This document shows, one piece after another, positions 8,370 through 17,800 of a stretch of DNA of 64,000 nucleotides. The notes under the pieces were generated by a model. That model saw only the letters and a list, made by a program, of their open reading frames with translations, ran no database searches and was not told where the DNA came from. A program made the translations under genes and the position numbers. This DNA comes from an uncultured Candidatus Competibacteraceae bacterium (GTDB taxonomy: Bacteria; Bacteroidota; Bacteroidia; CAIKAF01): NCBI GenBank assembly GCA_964599915.1, contig CAZRHR010000003.1, positions 1,478 through 65,477 on the forward strand. Direction: 5' to 3'. Numbering within the stretch: the stretch's first letter is position 1; each line of letters begins with the position of its first letter.

Positions 8370-10976
8370 ATGCGATTTTTACCCCTTATTTTCGGCCTAA
8401 GCCTCGCTTTCCAAAGTCTTTACGGACAGAACATTCAAACCATCACTTCTGCCCAATACCAGCAACTTAAACAAGCCGGTGCACTCAATCCCAATACCTT
8501 ATATACCATTTCCGATCCACTGCCACTCGCGCCCACACCGCCCTCTCCTTTAGGCGGAGGCAACGCAAGTTGCGATTGCTACATCACACCGGATGGAAGT
8601 TACACCCAAGCCATGCCACCCAATGATGATAGCTTTACCGGACTCATAAACCTTCCTTTTACTTTTTGTTTCTATGGAAACAACTATACCGGTTTATACA
8701 TCAACAACAATGGGAATGTCACCTTGGACAACCCAAGTGGAACCTTCTCCTCTACAGGATTTCCTTTTTCCGTAGGGTCAGCCGTAAAAATGATTGCTCC
8801 TTTTTGGGCGGATGTAGATACCCGCGGACCGGGTTCAGGACAAGTCTGGTACAAAATTACCCCCACCGCCATTTATATCAATTGGGACGGCGTCGGGTAT
8901 TTTAACAGCCAAGTGGACAAAAGAAATACCTTTCAGCTGATCCTCACCAATGGCGCCGACCCGGTGATTGGCTTAGGAAACAACATACAGTTTTGCTACA
9001 AAGACATGCAATGGACCACAGGTTCCGCCTCTTCGGGTGTCAATGGATTTGGGGGCGTGCCCGCTACCGTCGGGGTAAATGAAGGAGATGGCGTCACCTT
9101 TTCCCAAATTGGCCGTTTCGATGCACCCGGAACCACGTATTTCGGTCCTTATGCCAACAATTCTCAGGTAAGTTGGCTCGATTTCCAAGAATTCAATTTT
9201 AATGTGTGTAGTTCAGACAATTTTCCTCCTATTCCGGTAGGTGTAGCCTCAAGATGTGATTCAGTGACCCTTTGTGTGGGAGACACCATCGTGCAAACCG
9301 TGACCTTCCTGTCCCCGGAAAACGGACAAACCACCAATGTTACAGCCAATAGCACCATTCCGGGCTTTTCTGTATTGAATACCGTTCCGGGAAATACCAG
9401 CACCATTACCTTCCAAATCATCACCACCCCTGCAAGTGCCGGCATTGGCACAGTGTCTTTGGTGGCCACGGATGATGGCGTCCCCGCTGCCACCACGGTG
9501 TACGACATCACGTTCAATATTCAGGTGAACAATGTTCCGCCGCCGGTGATCACAGGAAATCTATTTGCTTGTCCAAGTGGCACTACAACCCTAGACGCCG
9601 GAGCCGGATATGATAGCTATCAATGGATTCCCGGTGGAACCGGACAAACCACCAATGTGGGACCTGGCACGTATATAGTTCGGGCATTTCAAGGCGGCTG
9701 CTCCAAAACAGACACCGTGGTCGTGGTGCCCGCTTCACCATACACCCCATCTGTCATTTTACAACCCGCCATCGCTTGCGCACCCACAGACATCATTGCT
9801 ATTTCTACTGCACCCGGTCCTGTGGTAGCCTGGCTTTGGCCCAATGGTTCCACCCAGGCGACCCTTCAGGCCCCAGCCTCCGTATTAGTCAATGGAATTA
9901 CCGTAACCACCACAGACACCGCAGGCTGCGTGTCCACGAGTGCGCCCGTAAATGTATCCATAGATACCAACCAAGTACGCATCAATGGTCCTACCTCCTT
10001 TTGTGAAGGAACCAGTACCACCTTGACCGCCACAGCAGGTATGTTCAATTATGCTTGGAATACAGGCACAACCTCTTCTTTTGTAAGCATTACCGGCCCC
10101 GGTACGTATGTGGTTACCTCAGAAACAGCCAATGGCTGTCCGCGTTCAGACACCTTGGTTGTTGTGCAAGATCCATTGCCCACCGGCGAGGTTTCCCTTG
10201 AAGTGGTGTGCGGGAATACCCTCGCAGAATTTACTAACAATTTTAGCGTGAGCACCGGAAGCATCACCGGATATGCGTGGAGTTTTGGCGATGGAGGAAC
10301 CTCCAACCAAGCAGTCCCGACCCACAACTATGCCTCAGAAGGATTGTACAATGCTTCAGTAACCCTGGTTACCGATGCAGGATGTTCAGAAACCATTGCT
10401 TTTCAGGTTCCCGTAAAGGAGAATCCAGAGGTAAACATTCAGCCGGGAGCGGCGTGTTTTCAAAAAATGACCTTTACACCCATCGTGAATCCAGCCGATA
10501 GCATCCAAACCTACCAATGGTTTATGGGCGATGGAAACCAGCGAACGGACTCCCTCAGCTTTATCCATACGTATCAAAATCCAGGAAATTACACAGTTTC
10601 TTTGGTGGTGATAGATGGGTTTGGATGTCGAGACTCCGTGAGCATTCCGGTGGAAGTAGATCCCAGTGCCACTTTACCAGATAAACTACCCAATGTGATT
10701 TCCAGAAGTTCAACCTCCGGAAATGATAAATTTGATTTAGAGGCGTATTCTCCGCTCTTCAACGAATGCGTCAATTATACTTTGACCATTTATAACCGTT
10801 GGGGAATCACCGTCTTTCAAGTAACGAACCGCACGGACAATCCCGACCTTACCTGCACCCAATGTTTCATTGGACAAACCGCAGCCGGGGCAGCTTTGAC
10901 CGAAGGCACTTATTTTTATTTATTGGAGGGCGACAACCAAGTAAGGTACCAGGGCACGATCAATGTGTTTGATTGA
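8370..10976 (+). CDS. Large cell-surface protein with Ig-like/PKD-like repeats and a C-terminal T9SS type B (gliding motility-associated) sorting domain
   Basis: Signal peptide (MRFLPLIFGLSLAFQSLYGQ). Ser/Thr/Gly-rich beta repeats. C-terminal block ...NECVNYTLTIYNRWGITVFQ...GTYFYLLEGDNQVRYQGTINVF is characteristic of the type B CTD. Confidence 0.7.
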   Translation: MRFLPLIFGLSLAFQSLYGQNIQTITSAQYQQLKQAGALNPNTLYTISDPLPLAPTPPSPLGGGNASCDCYITPDGSYTQAMPPNDDSFTGLINLPFTFCFYGNNYTGLYINNNGNVTLDNPSGTFSSTGFPFSVGSAVKMIAPFWADVDTRGPGSGQVWYKITPTAIYINWDGVGYFNSQVDKRNTFQLILTNGADPVIGLGNNIQFCYKDMQWTTGSASSGVNGFGGVPATVGVNEGDGVTFSQIGRFDAPGTTYFGPYANNSQVSWLDFQEFNFNVCSSDNFPPIPVGVASRCDSVTLCVGDTIVQTVTFLSPENGQTTNVTANSTIPGFSVLNTVPGNTSTITFQIITTPASAGIGTVSLVATDDGVPAATTVYDITFNIQVNNVPPPVITGNLFACPSGTTTLDAGAGYDSYQWIPGGTGQTTNVGPGTYIVRAFQGGCSKTDTVVVVPASPYTPSVILQPAIACAPTDIIAISTAPGPVVAWLWPNGSTQATLQAPASVLVNGITVTTTDTAGCVSTSAPVNVSIDTNQVRINGPTSFCEGTSTTLTATAGMFNYAWNTGTTSSFVSITGPGTYVVTSETANGCPRSDTLVVVQDPLPTGEVSLEVVCGNTLAEFTNNFSVSTGSITGYAWSFGDGGTSNQAVPTHNYASEGLYNASVTLVTDAGCSETIAFQVPVKENPEVNIQPGAACFQKMTFTPIVNPADSIQTYQWFMGDGNQRTDSLSFIHTYQNPGNYTVSLVVIDGFGCRDSVSIPVEVDPSATLPDKLPNVISRSSTSGNDKFDLEAYSPLFNECVNYTLTIYNRWGITVFQVTNRTDNPDLTCTQCFIGQTAAGAALTEGTYFYLLEGDNQVRYQGTINVFD

Positions 10977-11287
10977 GTGTTTGGTTGTATCTTTTAGGTT
11001 GGGAAGGTAAATGGAAATTGGGGGGCGATTGGTTGGTTGAGGTTCGCATATAGATTTTATGGTTTTGCGGATGGGGCGGAGCTGGCACGTGGAATAGGTC
11101 TGCACGACTGGGTTGTGATTCGCTTTCAATTTTTTTAGTTTTGGACAAGCCTAGGCTAGGGGAGAAGTTCCCTTATTTAAACTACTTGAGCGCGAAGACC
11201 AGCGTATTTTGCGGCATGTATAGAAGAAAATCAAAACCTAAAACGTAATTTCTTCCCGCTTTTTCCTCCGTTTAGCACAAAAAAAAT

Positions 11288-11318
11288 AGCCAATAAACTT
11301 TTCATTTATTGGCTATCT
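11288..11318 (-). terminator. Rho-independent terminator downstream of tRNA-Leu
   Basis: Perfect 12-bp inverted repeat ATAGCCAATAAA / TTTATTGGCTAT with a 7-nt loop. On the minus strand it is followed by a U-run (the A8 tract at 11281-11288 on the plus strand). Confidence 0.55.
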
Positions 11319-11324
11319 AAAGAG

Positions 11325-11406
<82 letters not shown>

Positions 11407-11420
11407 AACGATTGAGGTCG

Positions 11421-11428
11421 CAAAATTA
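11421..11428 (-). promoter_or_regulatory. Putative Bacteroidetes sigma-A -7 promoter element (TAATTTTG) for tRNA-Leu
   Basis: The minus-strand motif TAatTTTG ends 14 nt upstream of the mature tRNA 5' end. tRNA-His has the same spacing. Confidence 0.35.
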
Positions 11429-11456
11429 TCTATTCTAATGGAATTACCAAAGCAAA

Positions 11457-11483
11457 CCTTGATTTTTTGCCGGCCAATCAAGG
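11457..11483 (-). terminator. Putative terminator hairpin after the glycine-rich protein gene
   Basis: Inverted repeat CCTTGATT...AATCAAGG directly after the stop at 11484, followed on the minus strand by T-rich sequence. Confidence 0.4.
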
Positions 11484-13118
11484 TTACCACGTAATGGTCA
11501 CCGAGCCATTGGCGCCGGAGCTTGCCCCTGCACCTTGTTGGCTATTCACATTGGTGGCCGTTGGAATGGCATAATTGGATCCGCCGCCACCGGAACCTCC
11601 TCCGCAGCTGCCGCAGCCTATATTGGTGTTTCCACCACCACCGCCTGTGTATCCGCCACCGCCACCGCCGCCGCCGGACAATCTTTCAATGGTACCACCG
11701 CATCCGCCTGTTCCACCTGAACCGCCACCTCCATATCCGCCACCTCCGGCGGTAAACGTACAAGAACCTGTTTGGGACACGCCTCCACTGACGCCGAATC
11801 CTCCTCCGCCGCCGCCGGTTCCTCCATCTCCTGTGGTACTTCCTCCATTGCCTCCACCATTTACATCACCGGCGATTCCTGGGAAATTTCCTGTTCCACC
11901 AGCTCCACCTGCCGGATTCGACCCATTCACACCACCCAAGCCTCCATTTCCACATGGACCACTTCCACCGGTGCCACCACCTCCATTTCCACCATTTCCT
12001 ATGGTACAGCCTTCTGTTCCTGGCGCACCGCCGCCGCCGCCTGCCGTCACTACATGGGCATTGGACGTAGTGAGTAAACCTGAAAATCCACCACCGCCGC
12101 CGCCTGCACGTCCACTGGCCGGACCGCCTGCGCCTCCTACAATGACCCGGTATTGGGTACCGGCAATCACTGGAATGGTGGCGGTTATGCGGCCACCACT
12201 GCCTCCTGTAGAGGTTCCTCCTCCGCCACCAGCGCCCAAAGCATTCACAGTAATCTGACAAACTCCCGCTGGAACCGTCCAAGTCTGGATGCCACCTGAA
12301 AAACTAAAACTCGCACTTCCGCCGGTCTGACATGAAGTGATGGTGATGTTTTGGGTGCTCGTACTGGTGCAACCCGTCGACAACTGAGTCGTGGTTAAAC
12401 TCACTGCGTAAGTCCCTGCATTCGCGTAGGCAATGGAAGGATTCGACTGACTTGAGGTACTGGGGTTTCCGCCAGTGAATGTCCACGCATAACTAACGCC
12501 TGAGCTTGCATTGGGAGTGAAAACAACCGGTGAAACCGTATTTCCGGGACTTGGACTAAAACTAAAGGTAGAAACAGGTGTTCCGGGAGAACAATTTATC
12601 ACCGTGATGGTATTGGTGTCTGCGTTGGAACAACCCAATGGATCGGTGACGGTGAGAATCACTTGGTAGGTTCCTGCTACGGCATAACTGGTGGTAAAAC
12701 TTGTACCACTGCCTGTGGCCGGTGAACCATTGGGCGCTGACCATTGGTAACTTAAACCAGTTTGTGCAGGTGTGAAAGTGATGTTTCCGCCCGCACCCAC
12801 GGTGGTCAATGAACTAGTAAAATTGGCATTGGGAGCGGTAGGGCAATTACAGGCCGCCCGCACCCATCCGGAAGGCATAAATACCTCCACGCACTCGCTG
12901 GTCGTGTTATAAATTTGAAGTCCAATGGCAGGACTTTGGATACTGTTTCTTTGCGCTTGGGTTAACCTTGGCAGCAAGAATCCTTGCTGGGTCGAATGAA
13001 GCTCTAAAATGGCGGAGGGATCAGGACTACCCCCGGGCGTGGGCGAAATCAAAACGCCTTGCGCAACCACGAAACCTGAAAAAAGTAAACCTGAAAAAAG
13101 TAAAGATAAGGTCCTCAT
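11484..13118 (-). CDS. Secreted glycine-rich domain protein with N-terminal PKD-like domains
   Basis: Signal peptide MRTLSLLFSGLLFSGFVVAQG. Two PKD-like segments (YQWSAPNGS...GTYQVILTVTDPLGC; YAWTFTGGNPS...GTYAVSLTT). The C-terminal half is dominated by poly-Gly blocks (GGGGGTSTGGSGG..., GGGGGGFSG...). The plus-strand Pro-rich ORF 11575-12258 is the mirror-frame artefact. Confidence 0.6.
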   Translation of the reverse strand: MRTLSLLFSGLLFSGFVVAQGVLISPTPGGSPDPSAILELHSTQQGFLLPRLTQAQRNSIQSPAIGLQIYNTTSECVEVFMPSGWVRAACNCPTAPNANFTSSLTTVGAGGNITFTPAQTGLSYQWSAPNGSPATGSGTSFTTSYAVAGTYQVILTVTDPLGCSNADTNTITVINCSPGTPVSTFSFSPSPGNTVSPVVFTPNASSGVSYAWTFTGGNPSTSSQSNPSIAYANAGTYAVSLTTTQLSTGCTSTSTQNITITSCQTGGSASFSFSGGIQTWTVPAGVCQITVNALGAGGGGGTSTGGSGGRITATIPVIAGTQYRVIVGGAGGPASGRAGGGGGGFSGLLTTSNAHVVTAGGGGGAPGTEGCTIGNGGNGGGGTGGSGPCGNGGLGGVNGSNPAGGAGGTGNFPGIAGDVNGGGNGGSTTGDGGTGGGGGGFGVSGGVSQTGSCTFTAGGGGYGGGGSGGTGGCGGTIERLSGGGGGGGGYTGGGGGNTNIGCGSCGGGSGGGGSNYAIPTATNVNSQQGAGASSGANGSVTITW

Positions 13119-13231
13119 TGAGTTGGGTTTAAACGTATGGTGATAATTACATCTATGAAAAACAACTTTAAGGTTTAAATATAAGCCTAAATTTCTATTT
13201 CATTTGATGGTTAAAGGGAAAATAATAGGCC

Positions 13232-14947
13232 TCAACCGGAGGATTTTATGGATAATGTATATAAGCTCATTTCATTTTCTTTTCCTTTCAATTTAATGCT
13301 GGCCACATATTTGGCCTGAATGTTTGGTAAGATATCTAATTTCTTAAGTAGTAATTCACTGATTAACATTTGTGTGCCCAAAGGTTTGCATTGATTGAGC
13401 ATTCGTTCTGAGGTGTTTAAAACTTCCCCATGGAACACGATTTCTGTTTTGTATTTGCCTACTTCTCCTGCAATCACCGAGCCTCCATGCAGGGCGACCT
13501 TAAAATCCGGAATAAACCCAAATTTTTGCAAATACATGGGTGCGGATTTATCCATTTGCTTTCTCAGCCTGAAATAACAACGCACGCAGGTGGAGCGGCG
13601 TAAACCTTCTTTCATTTCCCAACTTATGACCACTTCATCCCCCACATACTGGTAAATTTCACCTTTAGAACGGGAAATGGGACCGGCCATATCTTTAAAA
13701 AACATGGCAAGAAGTTCATGATACTTCTTTAATTCCATGGTTTCAGCCATGCGGGTAGAGGAATTCAAATCTACAAACATGAAAATCCGGTCTTCTTGTA
13801 CCGGCCGGAAGTACTTTCCCCGCATATAATTCCATAATACCCTTGGGCCTACAATGCGTCCGGTAAGTTTGATGAAGTTTAAAATAAGACTGATAAGCAG
13901 CGCGGACCAGCCCATCAGCATCAATGAATCCAAAGACAAAAGGTTTTTATACCCTGCCTGAAGACTTTCTGCCGGAAGATTGACCCAGGTGGCCCATTCC
14001 GGAACCTGATGAAATACAACCAACGCAAGACCTTGCGCACCAAGGAATAAAATGACCAAACCCAAGGTGCCCAAAACCAGCGCAATGGGAAAACTGAACC
14101 TTCGGACCAATTTGGCTTCGAAAATGGGATCGAATAGTTTTAGACCTAATCCAATACATACACCGGCGAAAACTCCTGTTAGCCAGGATTCCAGTTTTAC
14201 ACCCCATACCGCCAAGCTGAGCGAAAGTCCCACGCCCATCCCCAAGACAAGCACCCAAAAAAATCCAACAAACCACAGATAAACTTCCGTTAGGGCGCGG
14301 ACATACACGGTGTAGATACTTTGGTTTTGTTTGTCTAAGCTTTCTAAAACGGCCCTAAGCCTTCGTTGGTTGTTTTGACGTTCAAACCCATAGGTCTTGT
14401 CTGCATAGGCGGTGAAAAATTGGGTTTCCTCCAAATACTGTAACTGGACTTCGGTCCATGCCAAATCCGTGTAGGTTTTTTGCAAATAAGTTTCCCACTC
14501 GTCACGCAGTTTTTCACCCAATTGGATGAAATAGCTGGCTCCCATGGCCACCCTGTCTGCATCAATCAATACTTTTTCTGAGATATCAATAGGAACGTGG
14601 CGAAATTTGGTGGCCATAATGAGTCTGCGGATCTCCATGATTCGAGGCTCATCTACCATGATTTCTTCCAGAAACTTTTGCGCCATTTGTTGGCTTTCTT
14701 CCTCATGACCTACATAGGTTTTCAGGTAGCCCATATCGTGAAACCAAGCCGCTATAATGACATTTTCTAAGGCATCTTTTTGCAATCCCTCCGCCATGCC
14801 AATTTCGCGTGCCGCTTCAACCACCCGTTGCGTATGTTCAAAGTCATGGTAGGTGAGGGTTTCCGGCAATTCTTTGGACAGCTTACGCTTCACAAATTGG
14901 CTTACCGCCCGCACGATTCCACTTTCTATTGCATCTTTTGATTCCAT
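13232..14947 (-). CDS. Membrane protein with N-terminal HD phosphohydrolase domain and C-terminal class III adenylate/guanylate cyclase domain
   Basis: HD motif (YHDFEHTQRVV...AAWFHDMGY). Central block of about 6 hydrophobic helices. Cyclase motifs: IFMFVDLNSSTRMAE, YVGDEVVISW, VALHGGSVIAGEVG, FHGEVLNTSERM. Confidence 0.75.
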   Translation of the reverse strand: MESKDAIESGIVRAVSQFVKRKLSKELPETLTYHDFEHTQRVVEAAREIGMAEGLQKDALENVIIAAWFHDMGYLKTYVGHEEESQQMAQKFLEEIMVDEPRIMEIRRLIMATKFRHVPIDISEKVLIDADRVAMGASYFIQLGEKLRDEWETYLQKTYTDLAWTEVQLQYLEETQFFTAYADKTYGFERQNNQRRLRAVLESLDKQNQSIYTVYVRALTEVYLWFVGFFWVLVLGMGVGLSLSLAVWGVKLESWLTGVFAGVCIGLGLKLFDPIFEAKLVRRFSFPIALVLGTLGLVILFLGAQGLALVVFHQVPEWATWVNLPAESLQAGYKNLLSLDSLMLMGWSALLISLILNFIKLTGRIVGPRVLWNYMRGKYFRPVQEDRIFMFVDLNSSTRMAETMELKKYHELLAMFFKDMAGPISRSKGEIYQYVGDEVVISWEMKEGLRRSTCVRCYFRLRKQMDKSAPMYLQKFGFIPDFKVALHGGSVIAGEVGKYKTEIVFHGEVLNTSERMLNQCKPLGTQMLISELLLKKLDILPNIQAKYVASIKLKGKENEMSLYTLSIKSSG

Positions 14948-15828
14948 GGATGGAAAGTTAGCATTTGCTCTTGTAAAAATGTTCGGTCTAAATGGGTGTA
15001 AATTTCTGTGGTTACAATGGACGCATGACCAAGCAACTCTTGGACCACCCGCAAATCTGCGCCTCCTTCCACCAAATGGGTCGCAAAAGCATGTCGCAAA
15101 CTATGAGGACTGATGTTTTTCTTTACGCCTGCCATGGCCGCGGCCTTTTTTACGGTCAAAAAGAACGATTGTCGCGTGAGGCCACTTCCTCGACGGTTTA
15201 AAAACAAGATATTTCGTCCCTCTGATTTTTCCGGAAAATGCACCCTCACATGCCGAAGATAATGCAACACTGAGGACAAGGGTTCCGGACCCACGGGAAC
15301 CAAGCGTTCCTTATTGCCTTTTCCAATGACCTGAAGATAGCTGTCTTCTGCATGCAACCAAGTAATTTTGAAGGAAGTTAATTCGCTAACCCTCAATCCA
15401 CAACCATAGGCCATTTGAAGCATTGCATAATTTCTTTCTCCCTCCAAGGTACTGCGATCCACGCTGTTCAACATGGCATCCACTTCTTCTATGCTCAAAA
15501 CTTCGGGGAGTGTTCTCTCCAATCGCGGAAACTCCACCAAACTAAAAGCATCCGGAATGGGCTCGCCGGTTTCTGCTAAAAAACGGTAAAATGTGCGAAT
15601 TCCGGAGATCATTCTGGCTTGGGTTCGGGCCGCCAAACCCATGGAAAAAAGCTCCTGTGCAAACAAAGAAGCCTTACTGAAATCGGCGTCAGCTAATGAA
15701 ATTTTCTGTGTGTCTAAAAATGAAAGCCAGGCCGTTACATCTCGGCTATAAGCCGCCAAAGTATGAGGCGAATGTCCCATTTGAAGGGTAAGCCATTGTT
15801 GGAAACCGGAAAAAGTATCTTTGGCCAT
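14926..15828 (-). CDS. xerD: Site-specific tyrosine recombinase XerD
   Basis: C-terminal catalytic region ...HSLRHAFATHLVEGGADLRVVQELLGHASIVTTEIYTHL. Start placed at MAKDTF (15828) so that it does not overlap aroQ. Sits next to aroQ. Confidence 0.8.
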   Translation of the reverse strand: MAKDTFSGFQQWLTLQMGHSPHTLAAYSRDVTAWLSFLDTQKISLADADFSKASLFAQELFSMGLAARTQARMISGIRTFYRFLAETGEPIPDAFSLVEFPRLERTLPEVLSIEEVDAMLNSVDRSTLEGERNYAMLQMAYGCGLRVSELTSFKITWLHAEDSYLQVIGKGNKERLVPVGPEPLSSVLHYLRHVRVHFPEKSEGRNILFLNRRGSGLTRQSFFLTVKKAAAMAGVKKNISPHSLRHAFATHLVEGGADLRVVQELLGHASIVTTEIYTHLDRTFLQEQMLTFHPWNQKMQ

Positions 15829-15891
15829 AGTATCAAAGGTAAAGATTATCCCAGACTCCCATTCCTCTCTTTGTTTTACTAAATTTGTGTC

Positions 15892-16320
15892 ATGAAAATC
15901 TTGGTGCTCCATGGGCCGAATTTGAACCTTTTGGGTCAAAGAGAACCTGAACATTATGGGCGTTTTACCTTGGATATGCTGAAAAAAAATCTGGTGGAGG
16001 CTTTTCCTGAACACCAATTTACGTTTCTACAATCCAACCATGAGGGGGTACTTATTGATGCCATTCAGCAAGCCAACGGGCAAGTTCAAGCCATTATTCT
16101 TAATGCCGGAGGATATTCGCATACCTCTGTGGCACTTGCCGATGCTTTGAAATTGAACCCGGTGCCCACCATTGAGGTGCATATTTCAAATGTATTGGCC
16201 AGAGAACCATTTCGCCATGTCGCTTTGTTGGCTCCTCATGTGAAAGGTGTGATTTCTGGCTTTGGACAACAAGGTTACTTTTTAGCTGTACAAGCATTTA
16301 CCAATACTTTTGAATCATGA
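15892..16320 (+). CDS. aroQ: Type II 3-dehydroquinate dehydratase
   Basis: MKILVLHGPNLNLLGQREPEHYG...ILNAGGYSHTSVA...HISNVLAREPFRH. 142 aa. Confidence 0.9.
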   Translation: MKILVLHGPNLNLLGQREPEHYGRFTLDMLKKNLVEAFPEHQFTFLQSNHEGVLIDAIQQANGQVQAIILNAGGYSHTSVALADALKLNPVPTIEVHISNVLAREPFRHVALLAPHVKGVISGFGQQGYFLAVQAFTNTFES

Positions 16321-16757
16321 TAGCTCAGCGGAAACTGTCGTTTTCCTTTTTAAATTTCATCCTTTTGGTCGGTCTGGCTCTTAGTTTTTCGCAATGTGCC
16401 TCCGGACCGAATCCTGATGCATTGAGAAAACGTGCAGAATTTTTGCACGATAGCATCATGCCCCTCTCGGGCGAATTGATGCGACTCAAACGAACTTGTC
16501 AGGAAGAGGCCATGGCCTTGGATTCCATTCAGCCCGCTTTGGCTACGGAATTCCGGGAAAAAGCAACAAATTTAGAAACGGCCTACGATGCCATGATGGA
16601 CTGGATGCACCATTACGCTGTGCCCGATCCCGGTACACCCAAAGAGGAAGTCGTGGCCTACTTTGAAGATGAAATCCGGGCCATTACCGCGGTGGGTAAA
16701 CAATATGATTCTTCAATGAAAGAAGCAAAAGAATTGATTCAAAAGCATGAAAATTAA
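16317..16757 (+). CDS. Hypothetical lipoprotein
   Basis: Signal/lipobox (LALSFSQC). Helical, charged. ATGA start/stop overlap with aroQ. Confidence 0.5.
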   Translation: MIAQRKLSFSFLNFILLVGLALSFSQCASGPNPDALRKRAEFLHDSIMPLSGELMRLKRTCQEEAMALDSIQPALATEFREKATNLETAYDAMMDWMHHYAVPDPGTPKEEVVAYFEDEIRAITAVGKQYDSSMKEAKELIQKHEN

Positions 16758-17388
16758 TTATTTATATATCATTGGTCTAGGCGCTCTCTTCGCTTGTAGC
16801 TCCCCAAAACCAACCCAAGAAACCCTTCCATTTTTTGGTGAGCCAACCATCATCACAAGGGTAGAAAATGGCGAAAGTTTTTATGATACCATTTGGCCGG
16901 TGCTGCCGCCTTTTCAAATGGTGAATCAAGCGGGTGATACCATCACTGAACAAGATGGCTTGGGAAAAGTGCAGGTAGCGGATTTTTTCTTCACCACTTG
17001 TCCCACCATTTGTCCGGTCATGACCAAGCAATTGGCGCGTGTTCATGAGGCTTTTAGACAGCAAGCTAAAGTGGTCATTTTTAGTTATACCATCGACCCT
17101 GAGCATGATACCTTGGAGGTGCTTTCGGATTACGCCCAAAGGGTGGATGCGCAACTTCCCGGTTGGCACTTTTTAAGAGGAGACATGGATGAAACCTTCG
17201 CCCTTGCCGATGCCCATGGATCTTTCGCCCGCGAAGACGTGGCCAGTCCCGGTGGATTTGAACATAGTGGTGTGTTGGTTCTAATCGATGGAAAGCGCAG
17301 GGTACGTGGCTTATACAATGGGGTAGATGGCAAAGAGGTGGATCTACTTATTGCAGACATCGAACGCTTATTAGCGGAACATGAATAA
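16747..17388 (+). CDS. SCO1/SenC family copper chaperone (thioredoxin-like)
   Basis: Lipoprotein signal (ALFACSSP) and CxxxC motif FFFTTCPTICPVMT. Confidence 0.8.
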   Translation: MKINYLYIIGLGALFACSSPKPTQETLPFFGEPTIITRVENGESFYDTIWPVLPPFQMVNQAGDTITEQDGLGKVQVADFFFTTCPTICPVMTKQLARVHEAFRQQAKVVIFSYTIDPEHDTLEVLSDYAQRVDAQLPGWHFLRGDMDETFALADAHGSFAREDVASPGGFEHSGVLVLIDGKRRVRGLYNGVDGKEVDLLIADIERLLAEHE

Positions 17389-17800
17389 AAAATGGCTTCC
17401 CGGATTGGGCGTGGCCCTGCTGGTTGGGGTCGCGCTCACTTTAACCTGGTTACCCGACAAGGGCACACAGGTTCGGGGAAAAGCTTTGTATGGGCAATAT
17501 TGTGCCAATTGTCATGGCGACGAGGGAGAAGGGTTGGGACGTTTGATTCCACCCATGACTGCGCCCGAAATGCATACGCCGGAACGCATCATTTGTGCCA
17601 TTCGGCATGGAAAAAGAGGACCGGTAACCATCGGAGGCGTGGATTACAATGGATGGATGCTGCCTTATCGCACCATGGAAGTAGATGAAATCAGAGACAT
17701 CGTCAATTACATTGTGGCGACTTGGGGTACGCAACCGGAAAACCCGGTGCTCAGTATTCCGGAAATCAATGAAAAGCTAAGTGTTTGTCCTAAACCTTAA
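17381..17800 (+). CDS. Membrane-anchored class I c-type cytochrome
   Basis: N-terminal TM helix and a single CANCH haem-binding motif. Overlaps the SCO gene start (operonic). Confidence 0.7.
   Translation: MNKKWLPGLGVALLVGVALTLTWLPDKGTQVRGKALYGQYCANCHGDEGEGLGRLIPPMTAPEMHTPERIICAIRHGKRGPVTIGGVDYNGWMLPYRTMEVDEIRDIVNYIVATWGTQPENPVLSIPEINEKLSVCPKP

Noticed and set aside
10977-11287. 300-bp G/T-rich noncoding stretch after the large T9SS protein, considered for ncRNA or repeat content
   Set aside because: No convincing helices, repeats or motifs seen by eye. Left unannotated.
11575-12258. 227-aa proline-rich ORF on the plus strand
   Set aside because: Mirror-frame artefact of the glycine-rich gene on the minus strand (GGN codons read as NCC Pro codons). 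The minus frame has a signal peptide and PKD-like domains.
14926-15828. xerD as an integrase marking a genomic island next to tRNA-Leu
   Set aside because: The sequence is a canonical chromosomal XerD with an adjacent aroQ. It is 3.5 kb from the tRNA on the 5' side. No direct repeats or phage/conjugation genes are visible.
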